A stretch of DNA of 64,000 bases from the NCBI RefSeq assembly GCF_036321535.1, contig NC_087437.1:77812001-77876000 (forward strand), in the 5' to 3' direction. Below, in pieces: positions 13,700-26,953 of this stretch. Position 1 is the stretch's first letter. Each line of letters opens with the position of its first letter. Below the pieces are notes generated by a model, which saw only the letters and a list, made by a program, of their open reading frames with translations, was not told where the DNA came from and did not search any database. A program made the position numbers and the translations under genes. The DNA comes from Camelus dromedarius (lineage: Eukaryota).

Positions 13700-13910
13700 T
13701 ATTCAGCTGCCCATGTCAAAAAATGAAGTTAAACAGAGGAAAGCATATTGAGAGGTTGGAAGAGAGAATATCCTGATGACATATTTCAGTACCTGGATCC
13801 AGCCATGCCTAAGGCCATCTGTGTACCCTTGTACTTCCTAGCAGTCCAAGCCAATGAATTATCTTTTTAGCTTAAAATAGTTTGCCCTTGGTTGCCACTA
13901 AATGAAAAGT
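13700..13910 (+). mobile_element. MaLR LTR fragment (old MLT1, J/K/L-like)
   Basis: tcctgatgacat...acctggatccagccatgcctaaggcca...agccaatgaattatctttttagcttaa is a typical MLT1 3' half. Confidence 0.65.
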
Positions 13911-14084
13911 AATAGATAATCTCTTGGATAATTTTGTGGTTCGTCTCTAAGAGTATGAATAAGTTAAGAAAAGTATTATTTGGTTATAGGATTAGTTGAT
14001 AAAAGCAAAGTCATAAACCTGCTAGAATTTTCCGTATCACATTTTAAAAGTTATAAATATAATGTCATCTCCCGTTTAATACAG

Positions 14085-14280
14085 CAGGTATGTACTCTTG
14101 AGCAAGTCATTTAATCTCCCTGTGTCTTGGTTTTCTCATGTGTATAATGGGAAAAATAATAGCACATAGGAATGATTTAAAGTAATATTAAATGAAATAA
14201 TATATATTTTATGTAAAAGTTAAAATTATACCTGGCAAATTAAAAGTACTCAATTATAGTACAGATATTATTCTTATTAC
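14085..14280 (+). mobile_element. MIR SINE
   Basis: cttgagcaagtcatttaatctccctgtgtcttggttttctcatgtgtataatggg matches the MIR core. Confidence 0.75.
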
Positions 14281-14506
14281 TGTTTGTTTTCTCAAAGGGG
14301 CTTGTGGCACCACGCAACTAAAGAAAAACTGCTGTATACTTTCATGACATTTTATTTTAGAAGTTATGTGGGGTAACAGTGATTGATCCAAAGTATTTTA
14401 AGTCCTTTTTGGAATGTTAAGTGGGCCCATGTGAGGTGGTGTTGGAAGATGAAAACTGGTCTAGGGTACTGAGAAGATGAAGAAGAATGATATGAAATTC
14501 CCATAC

Positions 14507-14543
14507 CAACTTTGGCAGAACTTCTACCAAAACGCCTCCGCTT
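14507..14543 (-). other. Candidate exon (37 nt; alternative upstream acceptor at 14587 gives 81 nt)
   Basis: Minus strand tgtcattcctttttgctctgcag|AAGCGGAGGCGTTTTGGTAGAAGTTCTGCCAAAGTTG|gtatgg has a strong acceptor and a good donor; 4 CpGs within ~55 bp. Confidence 0.45.
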
Positions 14544-15099
14544 CTGCAGAGCAAAAAGGAATGACACCGGTGGACACTACGGAGTCTCTGTCAGTATCAG
14601 GAGGAAAAGAATGAAAGAAAAGAGACATTTCAAGAATAGGAAGCAGATAAGGAGAGGATAATACCATGACTCTGTGATTTTATTGGTGGAATACCTCAAC
14701 TTGGAGTGGCTACCCTGTGTTATACATGAAGCACCTTTAAACTGGTAAATTTGTGGTACATATTCATGGAACTATTATTAATAGCATTTGTGAAGCCGTA
14801 AGTAGTGTCCAGAAGGCAGCAAACATTTAGAACACATTTTGCTTCAAAGACTCAAGGAACTATCATGCTTTATTTGTTAATGAGAGATGTGGTAGAGGAG
14901 CTAAATAGATGACTTTGGGTTCAATCAACAGCATTTTAAAAATTCATCATTTGGAAAAAGATGAGAAAACAATCCATTAGATGAAAGTAGTGTACTGCCT
15001 TTGAGGTATACAAACAATGTCACCATTCTCTTGGTGATTTTCTTCCTCTATTTCTCATTGCTTTAGCCCATTAAAATGTTTTGACAAATGTAAATTCTA

Positions 15100-15460
15100 T
15101 AAGGATGATTGGTTTGATTAACCTAATAACAGAAAAAGTCAGCTACTTATCAACCTTCATCTGACATTGACATAAAGTCTTTACATGGCACAGTTCCTGG
15201 GTTTTGTCATTTGAAATGGGACGAGGGATAGCTAGTAGAATGAATAGGGTTGCAGTGCAACAGATTAATTAAGCAGCTCTCAGGAATGATATTGAGAGGT
15301 AACTGATTAATTGAACATTGAAGCCATCTAATCAAATAGCAGACACAATAAATACGTTTCTTCAGAGATAAATTGTGCCCTGATTAGCATATTCATTTAT
15401 GGAGTTGAATTAACTCTTACGTACGTTTGAAGCTTTGCTTGGCTGGAAAGAGCCACCTGC
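15100..15460. promoter_or_regulatory. Candidate conserved non-coding element / developmental enhancer
   Basis: Repeat-free and dense in homeodomain/TALE/POU-type words: TGATTGGTTTGATTAA, TGACATTGACA, GATTAATTAAG, TGATTAATTG, CTAATCA, TGATTAGCATATTCATTTAT. Confidence 0.4.
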
Positions 15461-18087
15461 TGCAGATTCTCTTTCATGTCCTTCTAAAAATGCCTGGTGA
15501 ACATGCCTGTATTCCTTCAAGATTTGAGCAGTTTATTCATTAAATATGCAAGCTTTCTGCTCCCCAAAAAGATGAAAAGTCCACCAAATTATTATTATTA
15601 TTACTCCACACAACCTGCAGTCAGACAAAGCATAAATAGTATTGAAGATTAATCAGTAAGAATCAATTTCACACTGAACCCAGGGTTTAGTAAGAAAGAG
15701 AGAACATACAGTTGTGAAAACAGTAATGCCAAAGATCCACCAAGCTATTTATGTATGAAAATGTCTTCTGAGGTGTGAAAGCATGGTATTATTTTTTCAT
15801 ATGAGCCTATGGAAAAGATGGTCATTTTACAGCTATGAAGTTTCAGTAAAATAAAGGGTGGATCTTAGATCAGGGCAACTGGGGGAAGATCAATTCACAA
15901 AGCTGAAAGCAGTTCATCTGTGCTTAAACTGCCTTCCCTTTTGCTTGTACTAAGCCCTGCCCCCCATTTTGACCCCCCCCCGGGTGGGCTCCCGTTGCCA
16001 CAGCTGTGTAGCTCAATGAATAGCAAGAGCCTGCTCCCTGTGCTGGGGGATGCTCGTCATCAAAGGGAGTCTGTCACCCTCTGGTCCAGAGGCGAGTTTC
16101 CTGCCAGCCTGGAGGAACCGAGCTTCATGGGGGAAGGGCAGGAAACCCCAGAGATAAGAAACATGGCCTTGTCAGCATCTGAGCCTTGGCAGCATCTAGT
16201 CCTAATGCAGAGTCCTGATTGGATTCCTGTGTCAATGATTTTCTTACAGAAATTCAAGCTCCACCCAAGGGAGTGCTCTCCAGGAGAGAGGTCCTGTGAA
16301 TGCCTCTGTTGCCACAGATGTCATGTGGAAAACTGGATGGAGCCATGGTTACTCATCTCTCTGAGCTGGAATTGGCTAAAAAGGCAGTACCACGTGTGGA
16401 GGCAAGATGTCACAGAGCTGTTGGCTGTAAAGGGATTCAGAAGATTACTTGAATTGTTTATTTTAATGAAGTCTAAAGAACTAAAAATGACATTTTTTTC
16501 TTAGCTGAAAGGAATTTCATCAGATCAATGACAAATAATCAGACAATACCCAATATTTATGCATATATATTATATTATGTATAGGTGAAAATTGCTTAAA
16601 ATTGATGAGAAAGTGCAGGTCTCTCTGTCTCACTCACATATTATTATTATTTATTTACCATATTTCTACCATTTATAAAGCCCTCAAGTTGAAAGTTTTA
16701 TAAACAGGAAGAACGAATGTGTAAAATACTATGTATTTCATATATATAGAAAATTATTTTACATTAATCAGGAAAAAAATTCTCTAAATTAGAATTGAAA
16801 TGCCTTCAGGATGTTACTGAAACACAGTTCAGATTCAGATGAAATTAAATAACTAACCTCTCCTCTATAAGAAGAACAGTGTCTCCTATACCATTAGAAC
16901 TTCACAATTACAACTGCTTTTTGTTGTTCGCAGTGATGTCTATATATCAAGTGTTCATGTTAAACACATCCAATTGTGGAAATCTAGAAATCTATATGAA
17001 AAGATATAATCAAGATTATCAAACATCTTCCTCCTCATATTTTTGGTATACTCCTTAGAACATTATAAAGAGAAAAATAAATGCATCCTTTCATTCTGCA
17101 CATGTGTTTATTGGTAACAGTGCTATAAAGGAAGACTGCTCCCCATTCCACTGCCAAACACCAGCATTATTTGGTAACAAAAGCAGAGAACTTGTCAAAA
17201 ACATGCCAGAACTTGGAGAATTCTATTTTTAAAAATTATAAACATAAACTTGTCTTCTTTTTAATAAGACAGGTGATGATTTACCTTTAAAAATATATTC
17301 AAATCATCACTTGAAATTCTGAAATCCACTCCTGCACTGAAATTACAACCCTTTTACATCTTTCCTTCTTAGTTAATCCTTCCAAATTTTAAAGATAAAA
17401 ATTACCTGTTTCTGTATTACTTAACCAACATGTATTGCATCTGAATATGTAGCAATTATGTGATGGAGTGACTTAATTTATATATGTCTCCAATGTTAAT
17501 TTCTCCAATTATTTTTGTTGTTGTTGCTCTTTAAGCTCATTATAAATACTATTATCTCTTAAAGACTAAGATGAATGAAGGTCACACAAATAATTTATTT
17601 CATACATCATACATCAAATAAACGGTTAGTTGTTTCCTGGATGTACTTGGAATGTATGAGTTATTTACATATATGCATACACACACATATATATAAACTT
17701 CTTTCTAGTGTAGCTTTCAATATTCTCAAAGATAGGTCATTATTCATATTTGCTAAGATAAAACAGACTGATGTCATGATTTATTATGATATAAAACTGT
17801 ATCAGTGATTGATTACCTGCCTACTTATCTTTTAAAAAAATTAAGCTAAAAGAAGAGAAAGATAAAAAGCATGAGTACTTTTTAAAAGTATATATAAGCT
17901 AAAATAATATTACTAACCATTTTGGTTCTAATTTTGAAGATAAATACTTTGGACACTGCAGGATCCTGATTTAGATAGTCATGGCATTTTAAATTAGTTT
18001 TTCATCTTCAGAACAAATATTAAGATGTATTTTGGGCCTTTTTGAATTGATTTTTTTAAGTTTGGTCAATATTTTTGTTTATTTAAA

Positions 18088-21000
18088 GTAAAATCTCAAA
18101 TAAACAATCTAACCTTATAATTAAAGGTACAAGGGGGCAAAAAAAAAAAAAAAAGAACAAACAAAGCCCAAAGTTAGCAGAAGGAAGAAAACAATACAGA
18201 TCAGAGTGGGAAGAATGAAATAGAGTCTAAAAAAAGTAGAAAAGAGCAATAAAACTAAAAATTGTTTCTTTTAAAAGATAAACAAAATTGATAAACCTTT
18301 AGCCAGACTCATCAAGAAAATAAAAAAAGAGGGGGTCCAAGTAAAAAAAATCAGAAATGAAAGAGGAAAAGTTATAGCTGACACTACAGAAGTACAAAAA
18401 ATCATAAGAGATTACTATGAACAATTATATACCAAGAAACTGGACAACTTAGGAGAAATGGATACATCCCTAGAAATATACAATCTTCCATAACTGAACC
18501 AGGAAGAAATAAAAATCTAAGCGGGCTAATCACTAGTAATGAAACTGAATCAGTAATCAAAAAACTCTCACCAAACAAAAGTCCAGAATCAGATGGCTTC
18601 ACAGGTGAATTCTATCAAACATTTAAAGAAAAGATAATCCCTATCCTTCTCAAATTATTCCAAAAAATTGAAAAGGAAGGAACATTCCCAAAGTTATTCT
18701 ACATGGGCAGCATTATCCTGATGCCATAACCAAATAAAGACACTATCAAAAAAGAAAATTACAGGCTAATATCCCTGATGAACATATGTGTAAAAATCCC
18801 CAACAAAACATTATCAAACCAAATTCAACAATGCATTAAAAGGACCATATACCATTATAAATTGGGTTTATTCTAGGGATGTAAGGATGGCTCCATATTT
18901 GCAAATCAATCACATAATACACAACATTAACAAAACGAAGAATAAAAATCATATGATCGTCTCAATAATTAGAGACAAAGCATTTGAGAAAAGTCAGCAT
19001 CCATTTATGATAAAAACTCTCAACAAAGTGGGTACAGAAAGGATATAAACCAACATAATAAAGACCATGCATGATAAACTCTGAGCCAACATAATAGTCA
19101 TTGGTGAAAGCTGAAAGCTTTTCCTCTAAGACCAGGAACAAGACAAGAATGCCCCACTATTGCCACTTTTATTCAAGATAGTAATGGAAATCCTAGCCAC
19201 AGACCAAAAGAAAGAGAGAGAGAAAGAGAAAGGGAAGACATCCAAATTGGAAAAAAGAAGTAAAACTGTCACTATTTGCAGATGACATTATACTATATGT
19301 AGGAAACTCTAAAGACACCACCACCAAAAAAAAAAAAAAGCTATTAGCACTAGTAAATGAATTCAGTAAAGGTGCAGGATAAAAAAATCAATACACAGGA
19401 ATCTGTTGCATTCCTCTACACTAATAATGAACTATCAGACTGAGAAATTAAGAAAACAATTCCACTTACAATTGCATCAAAAAGAGTAAGATATGCAGGA
19501 ATCAATTTAACCAAGGGGGTGAAAGACCTACTCTGAAAACCATAAGACATTGAAGAACAAAATTAAAGATGACAGAAATAAATGGAAAGATGTATATGCC
19601 CATGGATCAGAAGAATTGGTATCATTAAAATGTCCATCCTACCCGAAGAAATATACAGATTCAATGTACTCCTTATCAAAATACCCATGGCATTTTTCAT
19701 AGAACTAGAACAAATAATCCCAAAATTGTATGGAAACTCAAGACCCCTAATAGCCAAGACAATCTTAAGAAAGAAGAACAAAGCTGTAGGTATCACATGC
19801 CTGGATTTCAAGGTATACTACAAAGCTACAACATTCAAAACTGTATGGTAATAGTACAGAAACAGGCACATGAATCAATGAAATAGAAAAGACAGCCCAG
19901 AAATAAATCCACACTTATGTGGTCAATTAATTTATGAGTAAGGAGCTGAGAATATACAGTGGGGAAAAGACAATCTCTTTAATAAATGGCATTGGGAAAA
20001 CTGGACAGCTACATGCAAAAGAATGAAAGTGGACTACTTTCTCACACCATATGCAAAAATGAACTCAAAATGGATTAAAGACTTAAAAGTAAGGTCTGAA
20101 ACCATAAAATTCCTAGAAGAAAACATAGGCAGTGTACTCTTTGACATTGGCATTAGTAATATTGTTTTGGATCTGCCTCCTCAGGCAAGGGCAACAAAAG
20201 CATAAATAAACAAATGGTATCACATCAAATTAAAAAGATTTTGCACAACAAAGAAAGCCACAAACAAAATGAAAAGGCAACCTACTGAATGGGAGAAGAT
20301 ATTTGCAAATTATTTATCTGATAAGGGGCTAATATCCAAATATATATGAGAACTCACACAACTCAGTATCAAAAAAACAAACAATCTAAATACAAAATGG
20401 ACAGAGGACCTGAATAGACATTTTTTCAAGACAGACATACAAATGGTCAATAGACATATGAAAAGACACTCAACATCACTAATCATCAGAGATATGCAAA
20501 TCAAAATTGCAATGAGATATCACCTCACACCTGTCAACATGGCTGTTACCAAAAAAAATAAAATAAAATAAAAAATCAAGTATTGGCTAGGATATGGAGA
20601 AAGGGAAAGCCTGAACACTGTTGGTAGGATTGTAACTGGTGCAGCCACTATGGAAAACAGCATGGGGGGGTTCCTCAAAAAATTAAAAATAAAACTACCA
20701 TATATGATCCAGCAATTCTACTTCTAGGTATTTTTCTGAAGAAAATGAAAACACTAATTCAAAAATATATCTGCAACCCTAGTGTTACTACAGCACTATT
20801 TACAATGGCTAAGATATGGAAACAAAATGGAACATTACTCAACCATAAAAAAGAATGAAACCTTGCCACTTGCAACAACATTGATGGACCTAAAGGATAT
20901 TATAATTATCACAATAAGTCAGACAGAAAAAAGACAAATATTGTATGACTTCATTCATATGTGGGATCTTAAAAACAAAACAAAACAAAAGAAAACAAAA

Positions 21001-21318
21001 CAAAAAAATGAACAAACAAAACAAAAGCGGAGTCATAGATAGAGAACAAACTGGTGTTTGCCGGGGGGAGGAAGGTGGGGAGTTGGGTGAAATAGATGAT
21101 GTGGATTAAGAGGTACAAACTGCCAATTAAAATAAATAAGTCACAAGGATGTAACACAAAGTATAGGGAATACAGTCAATAGTATTGCGACTACTCTGTA
21201 TGGTGACAGATGGCTATTAGACATTGTGGTGATAAATTAATAATGTATATAAATGTTGAATTACCATGTTCTACACCTGAAATCAATGTACTGTATGTCA
21301 ACTATACTTCAATTAAAA
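18088..21318 (+). mobile_element. 5'-truncated decayed L1 (~3.2 kb of ORF2 plus 3' UTR)
   Basis: Fragmented ORF2 homology ([63 protein letters not shown]) with many stops and frameshifts; 3' UTR ends gtcaactatacttcaattaaaa. Confidence 0.97.
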
Positions 21319-22934
21319 GCATATTTTGTCTGCTTGAAGAAAAGAAATTGCAATACCATTATAAAAATAAACACAACCACCTCTATTTTGAATGCATTAT
21401 AGAAAGCAGCATTTCTTGCTCTATGGGTGAATAAATCATGCTTTTCTTAAAGTCAATTTTTTAAAAAGGCTCTTAAAGAAACTAGTAGTGGTTTCATTTT
21501 ATTTGAAAGGTATAAGATGAGTTCAGCACTTAGACTGTACTATCCAATTACCCCAGATTCTTTTTATTATATCAGGAACTTTATTAAAAGTTCAGTCTAT
21601 GCTTTTGGCATCATGACAGCAGTCCTCCAAAACTGGGAATAGATTGAATGAAACTAGGCATTAAAGAAACATTTGATTTATCTTTCTAATACTGTGGAAG
21701 TAAGAGTTTTAATTCAGTTCAAAGAATGAAAGCTGTAACTGGCCTAATTTGAAATTATGCATGTCAGCATAATTTATATGCAGAACCATTTGAAACTTGT
21801 CTAAGCCTATTTTAATAACAAAGATGATACCTATGTCCAGTGTTTAAGATTCAAACCTACATATATATGTTTTAGTATAATTTCAAGAGAAACCGTTTTA
21901 AATTAGATATATCATATATTTTATTATTTAAAAAGCCTATATTAAAAAAACAGCTACGGTTTTAATTAATGATATTAAATTCTATTGCATACCTCTTACT
22001 ATTCAATGTTTTTTAGATAGCTGTGGTTTAATTCACTGGTTCTCAATATCTTTTTCAGCTTTTGGTAAGCTCATTTGCATAACACCCTCCGCTCAGAAAC
22101 GCTGTACATGCACAGTATGATTTTGAACACAGTAGAAATGGAAGTAACAGGAGAAGGCACGTCAAATCTGGAGGAAGCTGGGGAACTAGGGATGCAGTTT
22201 GAAAACAATACCTCTAAGGATCATGACTTAAACTTCCTAAAATATGCCTGTCCTTATATGAAAATTAGCAATTAAATGGATATACTTGATATCTTAAAGA
22301 GGGTGCACTCAAAATAGGAATAAGAAACAATCTTTAAATTGAAATAACTTTATTAAACAGTATGATTTCTATCTCTTTTAATAATAAGTTTTGACATATT
22401 AAATGTTCTAACTTGAGAACTTGGAATTTAGTCATTTTCACAACAGTAATTCTTTTTAAAAAATCATTTTTCCCTCTCAAACATTTGATATTTTTCTCAT
22501 TTATCCTAAGGAACAAAGTAAAAAGATATTTTCATTATTCTCTTGCAGTGGAAATAAGTTTTAATTTAAAAAACATCTTAAAAGGTACTTGGCCAACATC
22601 CTGCAATGCTTTAATACCCTTTGAAAACAATAAACTTCATTCTACTTAAGCTCATGGTGTCTCTAAAAGTTAGGATGGCCCTATGTGTACTATGGTACCT
22701 CAAACCTGAGAGACAAAAAGAGGTATAAAGGCCCTAGATAGATTTGTTCTGGTCATACTCTAGTCCTCATTAATAATATAAAACCTCATCCAGGCTCAAA
22801 TACAGCATCAAACCATCTCTAATCTTCTACTCTTCCCAATATGTTCACAAATATAGTCAAAGAAAAAGAAGATACATTGCTGTGTGTTTATTACCCTTGG
22901 TTACTTTTAAAAGTTGATAATGAAAAATCTTTAC

Positions 22935-22993
22935 CTGTAGTTAACAACGGAAATTGAGGCTTGACTAAAAAGTATTGAAGCTTGAAACCGGTT
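22935..22993 (-). other. Candidate exon (59 nt; or 30 nt using the acceptor at 22964)
   Basis: Minus strand gagtttag|AACCGG...ctttttag|TCAAGCCTCAATTTCCGTTGTTAACTACAG|gtaaag; strong donor, two possible acceptors, two CpGs. Confidence 0.4.
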
Positions 22994-23617
22994 CTAAACT
23001 CCATTCCAAAAGAATGACAGCAAGAAGCTACATGTAATGGACACACCCTTGGAATAAATGTATTGTTACTCAGGGTGACTCCTTGGAAGTACGCAGTATT
23101 CACTTAGATATTTAAGTAGAATTGGATTGCCTTAAATATCAGTCTTGTTAATTCATTATTTTACAATTATACTTCAGCACTGAGAAGAAGTGCTAAGCCC
23201 CTCTTTTATGAAACTTATAATGTAACGAAGATTGGAGCCTGTTAGAGGAAAATAAAAAAAATTCATAGACACCTAGACAATGTGTAGGAAAAACAGACGT
23301 TTGAAGGTGAGTTGTGAAGGGGCTGGAATACTATTTCACTTATTGATCACAGGATTTACAAGAGGCAACTCCGGAAGGATGCGTAGTCAAGGTCGACTGC
23401 ACCTTTATACATAAGTTCACACATTAACTGATGAGCTACAGCTCCATATGTTTCCTACTGAAAATCTGTGAAGCCTTTTCCTTTCAATTGATTAGAGCAA
23501 AGGAAAGTTGACAAGGGAACTAATGAGCTCTACATAATGAATTAGGTGGCGATGTGCTCTTCTAGTCAATCTTCCCATTTATAAAAATGGGAGCAGAAAT
23601 CTGATTCGATGCATTAC

Positions 23618-23751
23618 CAACAAATCTGATCCATGAACTTCCACTGTAGCAACTACACTCTTGAGACCATTTGGTTACCATGGTTAAATAGTATGTGAAA
23701 ACATGAAAAACAGAATCAAAGATCTGGTTCTGGGCTAAAAAAATGGCAAGC
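23618..23751 (-). other. Candidate exon (134 nt)
   Basis: Minus strand tgtctgatttttcttgtag|GCTTGCC...AGATTTGTTG|gtaatg; good acceptor and donor; one frame open throughout (LAIFLAQNQIFDSVFHVFTYYLTMVTKWSQECSCYSGSSWIRFV). Confidence 0.4.
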
Positions 23752-24716
23752 CTACAAGAAAAATCAGACATTTACAACTTACATTTCCTTTTATTTTTAT
23801 TTGGTGACAAAGTATATTGGGCTTTTGGCAAATGCTCAAATGATAATTTGGGCTTCTATTTATAATCCAGTGATTATGGTTAATGTGCAGAATTACATCA
23901 AAAATTCAGATCTTATATTTTACATTAGCTCAGGCCTCAGCAACTTAGAACAAATGTTCTTGAAAGAATTTTCTAACTCACACAAAGACCCTAGGTAAAA
24001 ATTTTAAAGAGAGAAAGTTTCTTTTCTCTCCCTTCAATGCCCTCATTATTCCCCCAAGCAGATTTGCCAAGACCCAAATGGCCAGGGTTGCCAAAGAAAC
24101 TGACACCTCTCCTCTACTGCCTGGAAAAAAAAATACCCTGGGGCAGAAGATCTGAGATAGCATAAAAAGAAAAACAATTTGTTTGGTTATCTGATGGAGG
24201 TAATTTATATAGAAGTGTGAATCGACTTAAATTTCCTGCCTGACTTGCTTTTTAAAAGGGATTATTAACATAAATGAATCTTGATTAGTGTCAAGAGGTG
24301 GCAGGCCTGGTGCTCTGTGCTAACGTCTTCCCTAGGGCATGTTGGAGATAGAGGTCAGTAATTTGGCAATCCTTTAAAGACTGCACCAACTTTTATTTTA
24401 GTGGAAAGTCTCTTATTTGCTGACCTCTGAGATAAGTACTGAAGGCAAGGACATAAATGAGACACTCCAGTCCCTGACCCTGAGGAGCTGTAACTAAAGG
24501 ATCTTGTTCCCCAACACCATCTCCTCTCCTCCCGCTCCATCACAACCACACAATATTAGACAAAACAAAACAAAATAAAACATCTGAAAAGACTCTGTGC
24601 TACTCCAGAATGGGCAGCAGATAATAAATAAGTATTTTGCTTTTTTGCTTTAGAACTATTCAACAAATGGTTTATTTCTTTTTCCTGTCAAAAGTACTAT
24701 CTCCTATATTTCTTTT

Positions 24717-24810
24717 CTTTTCTTTTTTTAAATTGAAGTACAGTCAGTTACAATGTGTCAATTTCTGGTGGACAGCACAATATCCCAGTCATGCATATAC
24801 ATACATATAT
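24717..24810 (-). mobile_element. Very short L1 3' end
   Basis: ttttttaaattgaagtacagtcagttacaatgtgtcaatttctggtggacagcacaat is the reverse complement of the L1 tail at 9680-9742. Confidence 0.85.
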
Positions 24811-26953
24811 GTAACAGAAATTAAACGCAAACAATGATAATACTAATGATGATAGTGATTTAGATTAATACGTCACATTTAACCTGAAGAGTTTGATGAA
24901 ACAAAGAAACTCAAATTAAGTTTCTATAGTGATATAAGAAATTGTGTGATAAAATCTTTAGTGGTGTTATTTTCCAATAAAATATAAATTTCAAAAGTTC
25001 CAGAAAAAAAATAAAAGTACTACCTCCAAGAAGGCGTTTCCCTTTCCTGTTTTGTGTTCTCTTAGCTTTCCTGTCGCAAGGCTGGCTTAGGAGTTGATTT
25101 AGTGTTATACCTTGGGTGTCCACAGCTAAATTACTCTCATTCTGAATTTGTTTTCTCCTTATCCTCTTTATCCTAATCACCTTAATCTTCACTGATAAGT
25201 AGAATTCCTTGCAAGTATTAAATGGCCTTTATATACTGTTGAATGAATGATATATAACTGATATTTTTCCCACAGGAAAGAAATAATACTGTGTAACTAA
25301 ATAATCTATAGAAAGAAAAGTTTACCCAATGTGTGACCATAACTTTAATTCTTTTAGATGCAAGATACAAAATACAAATAAATGCTGCAATCTAATAAAG
25401 AAACTGTCTTAATTTGTATTAAGATGGAAGTAAGAAGAAAAGAATTTAAAATAACCATTAGTGAAAGAAAATTATTTAAGTTTTACTGAACCTCTGACTC
25501 AGCAAATTGATGAAAACTGGCTCAGAGGCATTAACATTTGATATTATCTTCACAAAGGCATCACCAGTGGAAAAGTACATCTTCTAAATTTTGTCATTCT
25601 TATCTGCTTTTTTTTTAATTTACAAATGAAACTGAAGGACAGAACTTCAATCAACCATGAGACTATTTTTTGACAGAATTCATTTAAAAAATTTCTCCAA
25701 TTAAGATTAAATATTACTAGAATGATTTTAAATTGTTTACAGTGCCAAGACCAATTATTAAGAAATGATTTATAAATATTTTATTTATAGGCAGAAATCA
25801 TAAAGTAAAAGAACATGGTATTTTGAACTTCTGAAGCTCAACAGAGGAAGTAACTACCATATTCATGACTAACAGTGCTATAGTTTGAGGGCTTTTATTC
25901 AAAATATTGATTTACGCCTTGAACTAAATAAGTAATAAAGTGAAAGAAGAAAAAAAGCATGCACATTCAGAAATTACTGAATATAATGTACGGTTTTGAA
26001 AACAAAACTGCAGAAAAGCTGAAAAAAATAATTTTTTTTTTAGGATATGGAATAGTGTCACATAAAAATTTACCTTCAGAAATTTTCCCCAAAAAACCTG
26101 AATGTTAATGTTCAAAAGTAAAATGTACTTTATTCTTATTCTTTTCTTTCTGTCTTTCAAAAAAATTAAAAAGAACTGATTTTACCTAATTAACTTAATC
26201 TAGTTTCCCTTGGATTTATATTCACATTCATCAGCATCTGATCCTGGAAACCTTACATTTCTCATTTTACTTTTTAGACACTAATTGTTGATATGCATAT
26301 TTCTTATGATGATGTAGCAGAGCAAGGAAAAGTAAAGAATACAAATAAAAAGGGGCGGACTACGTACCACAAATCCTGCTAGGAATTTTCACATACTTTA
26401 TTTTATTTAAAGACAAACTCAAAATCAAAAAGGAGAATCACTGTCATGCAGGAAAAAGAGACGTAAGATAAAATAAGTTGTAATATTAGAATAATCATTT
26501 AGTAACACTTTAAACTTTATTTTTGATGATATTCACAGACCAGAACGGAACTGTAAAACTATTCCTATAATCACACTTTTCCTCCAATAAAAATAACAAC
26601 AACAAAATAGCAAGTTTTACAGCCACAGGGATTCTGCTCTCTATGAAGCAACTACATTTATTTGACCTTCAGCCTGGAAGACTCCTTCAGGAAATATAAA
26701 ACAGGCCACAGAAATTACTCATTCAGTTTTGGGATTGAATTCATTCTGTGCTCTGAACACTTGAATCCTGATCTTAGTGCACGTGACCTTTTAGATTCTA
26801 GATCAACACTTCCTCCAAGATTCCATTCTAACATACAAGATAAGAATTCCACACTGAGCCCATGTTCTTCAGGTCTCCAATTCCTGTTCATGTGTATTAC
26901 TTATATTGCAACTTTCTTCCAACAGAATGACAAGCTAATTTAAAAAGAGATAA

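Noticed and set aside
15920..16504. 194-aa ORF as a protein-coding gene
   Set aside because: GTG start, no recognisable domain, no clear splice or promoter context; a long ORF is easier to obtain by chance in this locally GC-richer patch
24180..24195. tttggttatct resembling the start of miR-9
   Set aside because: The match ends after ~11 nt and there is no precursor hairpin; I recognised no miRNA, tRNA, snRNA or rRNA gene anywhere in the window
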